Of a DNA stretch of 64,000 bases, positions 24,898 to 37,188 are shown piece by piece (within the stretch, counting starts at the first letter, position 1; each line of letters starts with the position of its first letter). The stretch is from positions 19,158,001 to 19,222,000 of the forward strand of contig NC_043003.1 in NCBI RefSeq assembly GCF_006345805.1, given 5' to 3'. The position numbers were made by a program, and so were the translations under genes. The notes under the pieces were generated by a model that saw nothing but the letters and a program-made list of their open reading frames with translations, did not search any database and was not told the DNA's origin. Source of the stretch: Octopus sinensis. Taxonomy: Eukaryota.

Positions 24898-26895
24898 ATA
24901 TATATATATCCAAACATTTTATTTGCATATACAACAACCCATGTTGCTAACCATGAACTATAAAATTAGCTTTTTTCAGCTTATTGTACTTTCATACAGG
25001 AAAAATTCACAACTTTCTGAGCCAATAAACCACTATTGTTCCTGAAAATTGTTTTATTTTTAGTATTTTCTAAGGATTATTTGAAGCTCACTTTGATCCT
25101 TGAATCTTACCATTTCATGCATATATATATACATATATATATATACACACACACTCAAAAAAGGGCACTGTGAAATGTAACGTAATAGCCTAAAATTGGG
25201 CTCAGTGGTGTTCCACTCTTGACTCTAGTTCAGAGCAGTACAACACAGGGCATCAACACTGGGACAGGCTCGTGTATGAGATAAGAGTCAAATGATACAA
25301 TAATAATTCACAGAAGATAGGTATAGCAATCACTGTTTTAAAGGACATATATGATATGTATTTCAACAAAATGCCATAATAATTACATAACATTTAGGAA
25401 TATTGTGCAAACATTCACTTCACCTCAGTGCTCTGCATATAATTTATACAGCATTGAATGCCATACCTGCATTCTGTGAATTATTATATATATATATATA
25501 TAAACACATACACAAAAGTGAATATTGTTAAGCATAAACAATCCATTCCCCAAATGAAAGTGGTGTAAGAAAATCACAAATGGAGTGGCTTAGCAACAGG
25601 AAGTTGGCTGATGGAAGGATGAGTCCACCCTAAGCTATAGGTTTCAATTATATATAAACACACACACACACACACACACACATTTATGTACAATTGTACA
25701 ACATACAGACAACAGTGATTAAAAGGCACCCGATATTAGAGTCAGAGTAATAGTCAAATAAGATAACACTGAATATTCAAGAATGCTATTTAGCTATAGT
25801 TTCATCATTCAAATTTTTGGAAATAGTTTACTATAAATAGGATACATAAAACTGTTTCTGAGGATTAACCATAGGTAATACTATAGTTAAATATTATTAA
25901 ATTTATTCAGTGCTTCCCTTCATTTATTTAAGTGTGTATGTATGTATGTATGTATGTGTGTGTGTGTATATGTAATACATCACGTATAATATAAAAATAT
26001 ACATATATAGATGGATGGATGGGTAAATAGATAAATAGAGAGATATGTTTATAATATTGTTGACAGTTTGCTATAGGTCTCACCCTGAGCTTGGTTGTTC
26101 ATGACTGCAGAATAGAATAAATTGCTTGTAGTTTACATAAAACTGGGTTGACTTTCATTTAAATTTAGTTTTTGGAAACTAATTTAAATATGAAGGGATT
26201 GTATTAGTAAGTCATTGTTAATGTGTTTGTAAGTATGTTTGGGTCAGGACAATCATTAACTCTACTCATGTTTTGCATTATCTATAAATTTAAATGAAAT
26301 TATAAGAAAAAAGTTAAATTATTGGGGCATGTATGTGTCTATGCACACATATATTTCAATGCAATTGTTCTACTCAATAATTCTTTGAAGTCTCAATATT
26401 GTATTTACTATATACTAAGCTGAGCACTAATATTCTTTTGATAAGTATACTAAGATACAATCTGTATTTCTGGACATGATTTATACTAGTCAATTGTCCA
26501 ACAACTTATTTTCTGATGTCTATATTCCTCTTTTTGCTTTTCTGTATTTTTCCTTGTTTTTTTTTTATGTCTTCAACCTATGTAAAAGTAGAACTGAATT
26601 TTGTAGCTCATATTTCAAAGGCACTTCCTGGCAAGATGGCTCTTATGAGTTACTTAATAAATGCGTTATGCAGCAATTATTAAAACGGCAGTAGGAATAA
26701 ATATTTTGAAATACTCCTGATATTGTTTACTATTGTTCTTTCAAATACATTTTGTTCTTTTCATGTGTTATAACATATTTCATAGTATATGCAACATATT
26801 ACATGTGTAATTTGAGGAGTTTAATTGCAACGAACTATATTGAGTTCTAATATAGCTGGATACATGTTATGCATACACAGTATATCATAATGATG

Positions 26896-26948
<53 letters not shown>

Positions 26949-26951
<3 letters not shown>

Positions 26952-27333
26952 GGAATATTATTCCAAACTTACAGGGAAAAATTCAATTTAGAGATACTAA
27001 ATCAAATTTTACAAAATATAATATATATATATATAAATTAGAAAAAAACCATCTTTTATCAATTCAATAATGGAAAATTAAATTACACCATCTAGAAAAT
27101 TACATATAGAAAAATCAAATATAAGATAAAAATATAACGATTAAGTAATGTGCAAAATAATAAATAAAACGTATATATACCAAATATATATGTTTTATTT
27201 ATTATTTTGCACATTACTTAATCATCGTTATATTATTTTTTTTATCTTATATTCAATTTTTCTATATGTAATTTTCTAGATGGTGTAATTTAATTTTTCA
27301 TTATTGAATTGATAAGAGGTGTTTTTTTTTCTA

Positions 27334-27364
<31 letters not shown>

Positions 27365-27580
27365 CTTTATTATTAAAGCTGCAAAAACATCACAAAAAAC
27401 TGTTACTCAGAGTTTCATGTTTCTGTTCGTTGGACAATTTGGGTTGAATGTGAAACTCTGAGTAACAGTTTTTAAAAATATCTTTTGCAGCTTTAATAAT
27501 AAAGCATATTACTCTACCTCCAGTATTCGAGTACTATTTTCTTCCATCTTGTTTCACATTTATGTGCTTACTTTGGTGTA
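26949..27580 (+). mobile_element. (TA)n-anchored modular foldback element, same family as 7725-8400
   Basis: The leader ccaaacttacagggaaaaattcaatttag matches the reverse complement of 8340-8400. It is followed by a palindrome of about 330 bp (27021-27350) and a second palindrome (27365-27504). Confidence 0.75.
27400..27437 (-). ncRNA. Decayed minimal hammerhead ribozyme motif
   Basis: UUGU-CCAACGA-ACAGAAACAU-GAAAC-UCUGA-GUA-ACAG. The 3' half is canonical; a few transitions would restore the core and stem II (CUGACGA, ACG/CGU). Confidence 0.55.
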
Positions 27581-28184
27581 TGTGTGTGTGTGTATATGCA
27601 TATATATATATGCGCACACACACAATACTGTTATATATGTGTGTGTGTATGGGCATGTCTATAAATGTGCACACACATACATATATATATATTGTTACTC
27701 ATAAGAATGTAAATTTTCAGTATTCTTAACTTGTTTACTGAATGAAGAATTTAACTTAGAAAATAGAAAAAAGAAGGAGTGTTATGTGATAGTATGAACA
27801 CTCAATTGTATAAATATCAAATGCATTAGCAATTATTAAGTTAATGCAATGCTATTCATTTTGACAAGAAAGAAATTGTTGAAAATCTGTTTAAACCAGT
27901 TAACATCCTATTCACTTGCCAAGCTAACACGAAAAAAACAAAATCCATTCATTGAAGAAAAATCTGTTTCTATACTTTTTAGTTTTTATCAAAAATTCTT
28001 TATGATGACCAAGTATTAAAAATGTGTATTTAAACACATTATTTGACGTATTGATTGTGTCTAGCTGGTTGTTAGGGTATGGTTTAGTAATTGTATAAGT
28101 GAAATTGAAGCATGGTTTGACTGGAAATACATGAATAGTGGATAGATGAATGAGTCTATGTATGCATATATATGTGTGTGTATG

Positions 28185-28490
28185 GAGGCGCAATGGCCTA
28201 GTGGTTAGGGCAGTGGACTCGTGGTCGTAGGATCGCGGTTTCGATTCCCAGACTGGGCGTTGTCAGTGTTTCTTAAGCGAAAACACCAGAAGCTCCACGA
28301 GGCTCCGGCAGGGGGTGGTGGTGATTCCTGCTGTACTTTTCACCACAACTTTCTCTCACTCTTTCTTCTGTTGGCCTGCTCGCTTAGCCAGTGGGGTGGT
28401 GTCATTTGAAGGCTAAAACAATGCGAAGCGCATTGTGACCAGTGATGTGTAGCAACATCTGATAACCTGGTCAGTCACGTGATCATGTGA
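28185..28490 (+). mobile_element. tRNA-head SINE (family B)
   Basis: ggaggcgcaatggcctagtggttaggg (A box) and ggtttcgattccc (B box). Confidence 0.8.
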
Positions 28491-29161
28491 TATACATATA
28501 TAATTCTGAGAAGGTAAGATTAAAAAAGCACTCCATCTGGAGAGGAGGATTTTGAGATGACACCAGACATGTTATAAAATGCAATCTGAGTTGTTTCCAT
28601 CACCTGAAACAATTAATAGTTCATAAAAATATATACTGTGTTTATTAAATAATGTGAGTGTGTGTGAATGTGAAGGTGGTTAGGGTATTCAGCTCATGAC
28701 AGTGAGGTTGTGAGTTTGAATCCCAGCAGTGTGTTGTGTCCTTGAGCAAGACATTTCCTTTCATGTTGCTCCAGTCCACTCAGTTGGCAAAAATTAATTA
28801 TGTCCATCATTCAAAATGCCAGCCTTGTTATATAGTGTCTCGCTGAATCTTCCAGAGAGCTACATCAAAGAAACGTGTATCTATGGAGTGCTCAGCCACT
28901 TGCATGTTGGCTGTTCCATTGATCAGATCAGCTGGAACACTTGTCATCATAACTGATGGAGGGCCAGTATAAATATATTGTGTGTGTCGAGATAAGATAG
29001 TTTCTGTATGTTTATGTGCTTGTAATGTAATTAATTTCTTTTAATAAAGGCACAAGACTAATTTTTGTGGGGAGCGTGAATGTATATAAATCAAACTAAT
29101 GCTAAATATTTTGCCAGTCAGAAACAAATTTATCGCCTGACGCAGAAGGATTTGAACTAAG

Positions 29162-29175
<14 letters not shown>

Positions 29176-29245
<70 letters not shown>
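29176..29245. repeat. (GA)n microsatellite
   Basis: Direct observation. Similar tracts: (GA)n at 58335-58397 and 31455-31500, (TA)n at 8410-8447 and 26900-26948, (TAA)n at 9499-9549 and 11222-11260, (GATA)n at about 54325-54420. Confidence 0.95.
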
Positions 29246-29248
<3 letters not shown>

Positions 29249-29434
29249 TGTGTATAATTAAGTTATTTGTTCCTAAACACTGTAATTTTTATGAGATCAA
29301 CAATGTTAAGGAAAGTCATATTTGACACGATAGTGTCAACAGGATAATTGATAATATGCTGGTTCATATTCCATCACTGCTACAGAGAGAAAGTATGGGT
29401 GTCATCACACACACACACGTGTGTGCGTGTTTAA

Positions 29435-29657
29435 CCCTTTAGCATTCAGATTACACAGTCAAATGTAATGTTTATTTATTCACATTGTTTTGAATTAATT
29501 ATGCATCATCTTGTACATTCAAAGCTTTGATGATGTGATTGCTTATTTTCAAAATGATATTGTAGAGTAGGTAGGTATGAGAGACTGGATCTGCCAGCTT
29601 GAACATAAAACATGGAAAATATTTGGGCCAAATATGCCCAGTTTAAATGCTAAAGGG
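29435..29657. mobile_element. piggyBac-type MITE (ccctttagcatt family)
   Basis: TTAA|ccctttagcatt ... aatgctaaaggg|ttta. Relatives lie near 6485-6640, 21950-22080, 49130-49315, 56365-56815 and 59010-59225. Confidence 0.75.
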
Positions 29658-31451
29658 TTTATACTAATAGCAAGAAAAATGAATAAAAGAATCACAACTA
29701 GTCAGAGTACGAAAGAGTGAACAGTTTGTCTGTTGTCACTGGTGTGACCTGGTTTGAGTCTCCAACTTGTCCACAAATCTATAAACACATTCTGGCTCTA
29801 ACCACCAATCTCTGAACAAGAAGTACAACTCAACACTGCAAGTTTTGGTAATTGTCAGAGGTCTAAAGAGACAGCAGGCTCACACTTGACAAGTTACTTG
29901 AAATTTCATCAGAATAGTAATCCTGAAGGAGTCAATCCTTCTCTCTCTCTCTCCTTCTCCAGACAAGCAGAGTTAAATACCTTGACTAAGAATCCACTGC
30001 TTTTGAGCTAAGAGTCCAAATATTTGATTCACTTCCATAATTTATTAATGATTTCTATATATCTATGAATAATAATTTTAATTCATTACAGCCTTTACAA
30101 GAAGCTGTAATATATTGAACTGAAGCCACTAAACCACTGACATGCATTACATTAAGTGGATTAAAAGATAAATTCAACTGGTGTTAAAAACCCAGAAACA
30201 GGGGTCTCCAAACAAAATATTATAAGGTACCTAGTCTAGACTGGCATGGTACCATGTACAAGGCATTCATATACTAGTTTTACTACTATTGCTGTCCCCT
30301 AAATAAGATTTTGTTAGTAACAACATAAACTTTCAAACTGAGATCAACAATTCAAAATGAAAAGGCATAAAGCAAATTTGGAAAAGGCATAAAGCAAATT
30401 TGAATAAACATTTTACAAAAATAGCTTCAATTAATACAAAAACGCCCAATTTTCAACATGTTCCTGTATACTAAGATGTGTTTATAAAAATAGAATTCTT
30501 AAAAAAAGGAAGATACAATATGAATATTTGAAATGATAAATTGAAGAATAAATATTTTTGAAACACATACACACACACTATATATATGTGTGTGTGTGTG
30601 TGTGTGTGAAGGTGGATTATGCAATATATACACACATGTACATACACATGCATACATACAATATTTATACACACACACACACACATACTGGGTGCCCACA
30701 ATCTTTGTAGGCCTTTCTAGACCAGCATGATTGATGCCATCAATGTTCTTGAACTTTTGTAAGGCAACACTTGTGGTAAAAACATGAGCATATGAACGGG
30801 GAGGGAATGTCAGAAAGCTAATGGTTTGGGAAGGAAGGAATGAGTGTATAGTGTGCATGTGTGTGTGTATAAGTGCATGCGCATGTCCATACACAATGAT
30901 TGAAAATGGGTAGGTGGAAACTGTAAAGAAGCCTACCTTATGGACTGCAATTATATATATTTACCTGTAATTCAAAAGGTACAGTCTTGTCGTACGCAGT
31001 GTCACACTGATTCTGTCTAAGATATATGTTAAGGCTACACATGAAAGTGGAATACTCAGTCACTTATATGCTCATCGTTGAAACCAACTAAGAATCGCTG
31101 ACACACACGTGTCTATGCATGTATATACATACATTCATTTCTACAACTGCTTTGATATGGATATCAGTGTGTGTGCATGCACACATGTGCACACGCACAC
31201 ACACAGAATTGCATAGAATATTTTTTTTTAAATTGTCTTCAGCATTAGTGGAATGGTCAAGAAAAATATTTTAAGATAAAGTATCATTTACAAAATCACC
31301 CAGTGGCAGCATTAAGGAGCATAACTTTTCTCCTTTCTTTCATAAAAATATCAACATAAATATCAGTGGCTCATGCAGTCTGCATTATAAATTTAGTAGA
31401 TATGAGATCTGAGTTACTAAGAAGGGGGGAAAAAAATCACATTTAGTTTAA

Positions 31452-31495
<44 letters not shown>

Positions 31496-32456
31496 GAGAG
31501 CGAAAGAATATTTAAAAAAAATCCAACCACTGAAGTAAATGACCATCCCCAAAGAAAAGAAGATCAGTGTTATCCTTGCTTTTTAACATTAATATTTTAA
31601 TAAACTAAACTCGGCACAATGTATATACTAAAGTTCAAAAACACATGAATTTATATACATTGTTCTTATAATTTATGTTGTCTGACTAGGTGTGTGTGTG
31701 TGTGTGTATGTGTAATGTACACACACACACAACACATATAGATAGATACACAGAGACGTGCGCGCACACACACACACATATATATATAGGGCCAACTGTG
31801 GATGAAGAGGAAGTAAAAATAAACTTAAGTAGCCCAGTCTTCTCTCTTCATTATATTAATGTACTTGGTCTATTGACCCTGGAAGTTGACTGATGGAATT
31901 TGAACAGAGGTCAAAAAGGGTCAAATTTAGATATTGATAAATACTAAAAATAGTTTAGTGCCATGCTTGTATTCTGCCAATTCATTACCATTCTTACTGC
32001 CATGATAATCAGAACAATTAGAAGTTTAAACTTTTCATGGTCATATTTCTAGCTTTTCCCAAAATCATTTTGAAAATACTCAAGAATTTGGAGTGATTTA
32101 AGTAAAATAATTGTTGTCTGTTGTTACCAAGTTGGTTTAGAACATAAATGGCCAAAATATTCTCCTATAAAATTATGATATAAAGCTTTAATCTAAATAT
32201 GAACATGTTAAAATGAACAATTTCATATCACAGGACTAAATATAGTCCAAATTTGTTTCAAGGGAGTCACTAAACTTCTTTCTCTTTGACTAGTCTGGTT
32301 GCTTCCTTGTTGAATTCATGAAAAGAATTAGTGAAATTAAACCAACTTGTCTTTATCAAGAAAATAGTGATACCATACGTACCAGTTTTATCAATTTCTT
32401 AGAGCACATGTACCAATTTTTTAAATGTGCTTATTATAGTACAAGGACTAACTTAA

Positions 32457-32659
32457 CCCTTTCGTTACCAACCCGGCTGAAACCGGCTCTGGCTCTGTGT
32501 ACAAATGTCTTGTTTTCATATGTGTTGAATTAAAATCTTCTACCAAACCTTAGTCACAATTTATGTGAATAACTAAGTTATTTTACTAAATTCTTTGTTA
32601 TATTTAAAGTAATTGTAATAAAGACAGAGCATCTCAACATAAATAAAGTAATGAAAGGG
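32457..32659. mobile_element. piggyBac-type MITE with intact TTAA target-site duplication
   Basis: TTAA|ccctttcgttac ... gtaatgaaaggg|TTAA, with the TIRs matching at 11 of 12 bases. Confidence 0.85.
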
Positions 32660-32679
32660 TTAAAAAGAAGTCATACTGC

Positions 32680-33270
32680 TTTAGTGAATGTGGCAGTGAC
32701 CACTCATTTTAAGAGTCACGAGTTCAATTCTAACTAAGTCCAATCTAGAAACAACAGTCTGTAGGAACAGAAAGAGAGCAATTCCAATGTTGAAATTAAG
32801 TCTATATGCTTCTTTCTGAACAGCATCATAGCATTGAAAATGTTGTAAGAGACATTGAAATCCCAATGATCCTGATATCATCTGCAATAGTTTCTTTCTC
32901 ATTGCATACCCCACAAACTTAAGAGAGGACTTGAAACTTGAACGCAACCTTCTAAGCAACGGAAACACTTGATTATTTAGTGCTTCCACTTATCTACAGT
33001 GATAAACTTGACATATGAATGGAGACCAGTATTCTGTAGCCTTAACTGAAACAGCAAGAGTTATGTGTCTTTGACCAGAACACAACACAGGTGGTGATGA
33101 GATAAAAAAAAAACTGTCCATCTCTTTAAACTAGCAAGCAATCCAATGTATCAAACTGACTTGACCAGCAGTGATGCTCTTACATGATAATAAACTATCA
33201 AAGTTTAGGGCATGATCTCAGCTTATGTACAGAGGCATCCACATTATATTTAACTTGAATGAATTGTGAA
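32680..33270 (-). mobile_element. Ancient LINE RT remnant
   Basis: An ADDI motif in a decayed frame; weak support. Confidence 0.4.
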
Positions 33271-34751
33271 TGTAAAACACATTTAGTGCTTGTAAAAATT
33301 TATTCCTCCTTTACCTTTCAAATTTACTCCTATAAAACATAAAATAGGTCTGCTCTCCAACAATGGACAATTGAAAATAAAATGATAAATACTGTTATAA
33401 AATATATTGCATTGCTTTGAATATTTGCTGTTATCCTATACAGAGTTCCTTCAACAGAACACAAACATCAACAAATATATAAAGGCATTGTTGGTTGCTT
33501 CAGAGGATGATAAATAAGAGGTAGTATTATTTCAGTAATGAAACTAAATATGTTCATTATTTTTTTTGTGGCAACTGAATATTATTTTCTGAAGCTAAAA
33601 TGATATGTATTATATAATATTAACATCGTGTGTTGTGTGAGAACATAGTTAATACACTGGAATTACACTTAGCATAGTAAAAAAGAGCAGTAACTGCATA
33701 ATATTAAGCTTCATTATCACTAAAATACTATTCTGGGGTTGGTGCAATTGGCTTACCCCTCCCATCAAAATTCTAGGCTTTGTGCCTGTAGTAGAAAGAG
33801 TTATCACTAAAATGTTGAATAAAATGAGTGAAGACTGCATAAAATTCTGGCCCCCTTTAGCTTTATGTAGGAAGTAATTGATATGTCTTCTATTATTGGC
33901 ATGTTATGTAATAAGTCATAGTAAAAGAATATTCCACAGAAATGGAAAGACAACCTGACAGCTTTGTATATAATAGAATAGTGGGATAGTTGATAAAGAA
34001 AATACGCTTCAGAATTATCTATCACACATCCCTCTTTCTCTCTATAATGTTTCTCTTTTGTTTCTTTTATTTATTCAGTTTTTTTTATATAAATATATAA
34101 AAACTATATGTTTCTATCTCTTTTAAAAATATTTTTGTTTTGAACAAAGTAATAGTAAAAATGATAAAACTCTGACATTAGGAAAACAAACGAAGAAACA
34201 AGTCATTATATATCATTATGTTGCAAATATATGCATATGTACATACATATAAAAGGAAAATACGAAATGATATAAATAAAAAGTAAAATAAATAGCAGGA
34301 AATAAGAAAAGGGTCTATTAAAAATACTTGCAGTGAAAGACAACCTGAGAGTTTATAAAGGTTGAAAGCAAACACCCATAAACATATTGGTAGTTTTGCC
34401 TTCTCTCATTCTTTTCCTTTTTTTTTTTGTTTGTTTTTGTTGAAACCATTATTTTCAAAGACAGAAAAACTTGAACAAAGAAGAACCAGAAGAATGGGGT
34501 GAGTGGGAAAGGAATATTGAATAATTGGAAGAGTCAAATTCCTTGTTGTAGACTAGATCAGAATTAAGTGGTGAAGTAGACATCTGTTAAGACATCTCAT
34601 GGTGATCATCATTATCATGATCACCATTATAGTTGTTCTGAACATACATATCACCCTTGTTCTCTCTTAGACTTTTCCTTTTTTTTTTTTTTTTTGACAG
34701 ATGTCTTACACCATGAAATACTTCAACTGTTTTGCTGCTGTATAAAAGCTA

Positions 34752-34810
34752 CTAGTTCTGTTGTTGTTCTTGAATATAGGGTCCATCACCATCTGGGAGC
34801 ACTGGTACAA
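34752..34810 (-). CDS. A1CF-like terminal coding exon (I-VPVLPDGDGPYIQEQQQN*)
   Basis: Acceptor ttttcttatcacag|, phase 1 in, TAG at 34752-34754. Confidence 0.8.
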
Positions 34811-37153
34811 CTGTGATAAGAAAAGATAAAAACCATGAAAATACATACAGACTGATTGTTCGTTAAATGACAATTTTCAACTTCCTGTCTTTACTTACTC
34901 ATTGTAATGGAGTCGAAATATAAATGAAAAACATGCAAACAAGAAAAATTGAGCAATATCCAATATAAAGAATCTTTCATAATTCAATCTAAGTAAACTA
35001 GCTCATTTTCTTCTCCAGCATTTAAAGTCAGCCACAAATTTACTCCAATCTCTCTCTCTCTCTATCGCCCCCTGAATGTGTGTGTTTGTGTGTGTTTTTT
35101 GATATCACGAAAGGCATCCAGCCATAGAAACCATGTGAAAATAGACAATGGAAGTTGGTGTAACCTTGCAGCATGCCAGTTCTTGCCAAGTCGTCCAACC
35201 CATGCCAGCACAGAAAGTGGACGTTAAATAATGATCATATCTTATGCATAAGAGTGGCCTTGTGGTTAAGTTTGCTTCCTAACAGTGGCCAGCACCTTGG
35301 GCAAGTGTCTTCTACAGCCCCAGTCTGACCAAAGTCTTGTGAGTGGATTTGTCAGTGTAAAAATGAAATATGTGTTGCATGTCTGTGTACCCTTGTCTAG
35401 ACATCGCATGATATCTAGCACTGGAGAAGAAATATTACCTTGCTTGGAAAAAGGGTAGGGCTGACAAGATGAAGGGCATCTGACCATAGAAAATCTGCCC
35501 CATCTCTGTTTGATCCATGCATGAAAAAGTGCATGTTAAATGATGATGATGATATGTATATTGCCATCACTCTCATTACTCAGCCCCACCAGCCAGTCTC
35601 ATTGCTTACGGCTACACTGGACCACTTGCACCCAGTTCATTCCACCTTCACACTCACCTCTTTAAATACCTGCCATCATCCTGTGTCACTCAGTCTACCA
35701 GCATACTCTTATTTTGCTGCTCTCACACATCCTGAGCATTGGTCATTGCTCTATTCCCTTGGCCACAAAAACCATCATTCACTTACTTTTTTAGTCATAT
35801 TGTCTTGTGTGTATATATATATATATATATATACATACACACCTCTAAATATACTGCATACTCTTATCTCTCCCACCACTCTCATTCATGCATCTATTCT
35901 CCATGCTTCTCACTCTGTAAAGAGACTGGCAAACAAGCAAAAATGTGAGGTTTCTTTTAGTTGTGTTGAAGTCATGGCTACCTCTTTAGAATAAAAAGAG
36001 CACCCCATATGCTCTGTAAAGTAGTTGATATTAGGAAGGACATCAAGTGAAAGAAAACAAGCTGTGAATGAAACATGAGCGAGATGAGGTATCCCAACAC
36101 ATCTAGGTGAACAGCTCACTTCCAAGGTCGTGCTGACTTAGCATGTACTTGGCAACCCATCTAACCCATGTCAGCGTGGAAAGTGGGCACTGAACAATGG
36201 TGATGCATACATATGTATGGTGTATATGTGTATGTGCAAATACAGATATGTGCAGGCACACACACACACACACACAGATATTTCATATATGCACACAAAA
36301 CTGAGGAACAATATAAATTGTATTAATAGGAATGATGTAATGTTAGCAATTTGTTAGTTTTACCAAAAGCAAACAAAATTTCCTAGACACTACATGCATG
36401 CATACAAGTGTGTGTGTGTGTTTGTGTATACATGTGTTTGTGTGTATATATTGAATTTTTCGTAATAAAGTTTAATAATACTTTTGTTCTTCTGTTTTAA
36501 TTGCTGATGACTCTAAAATTAGTTGCCTTTTCTAAACTGTTAAGTGAAGTAGCTCACTTATAAATGAGCATATGTTATTAAATTAAACTGTTAGTAGCAA
36601 AAATATTTATTAAAAAGTTCAAGTAGCTTTAAAAAACCATTTAAATGAAATGACATGTCTTCACATGTAGAGGTGAGAAGAGCACCCAAGAAAATTTCAC
36701 ATGTTTCTACAGATTGTTAATAAAACAAAACAAAAACATAATCAGATTCTTTAATAAATAAAACATTTAAAATAGGAAGCCAGCCAAAAAAAGATATATG
36801 CTTTGATAATGCAATGATTATCTGACAAAGTGATCTGGTTATTTTGTTCTATTATGTAATATATTAATAAGCAAATAAATTACCATACAATGGAAACATA
36901 TGTAACATCATAAAATATAGATTCCATTGATATGCATTTTACTGTGCAACAAATATACATAATCTTGTTACACACATTGGATTTACAGAATACTTGATAT
37001 CATAAATTAATCAGTTATTATTTAATTAATTGTATTATCAATTGGTTGATTGCTAGGTAGTATCGTTGGTATTCCTTTAGAATACACTGACAACCAAAAT
37101 ACTTGCAAGAAGAGCTACAGAGTTAATTGCTTAGATCATAAAAGATCCCTACG

Positions 37154-37188
<35 letters not shown>

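Larger units (their letters stand above)
22255..34751 (-). other. Putative very long 3' UTR / 3' region of the A1CF-like gene
   Basis: Follows the stop codon. Few recognisable repeats at 22.2-26.9 kb compared with the introns. Clustered minus-strand AATAAA at 22277-22282, 22371-22376 and 22433-22438. The extent is inferred. Confidence 0.35.

Noticed and set aside
28185-28265. tRNA gene-like A and B boxes
   Set aside because: They continue into a SINE body and recur in many diverged copies. These are SINE heads, not tRNAs.
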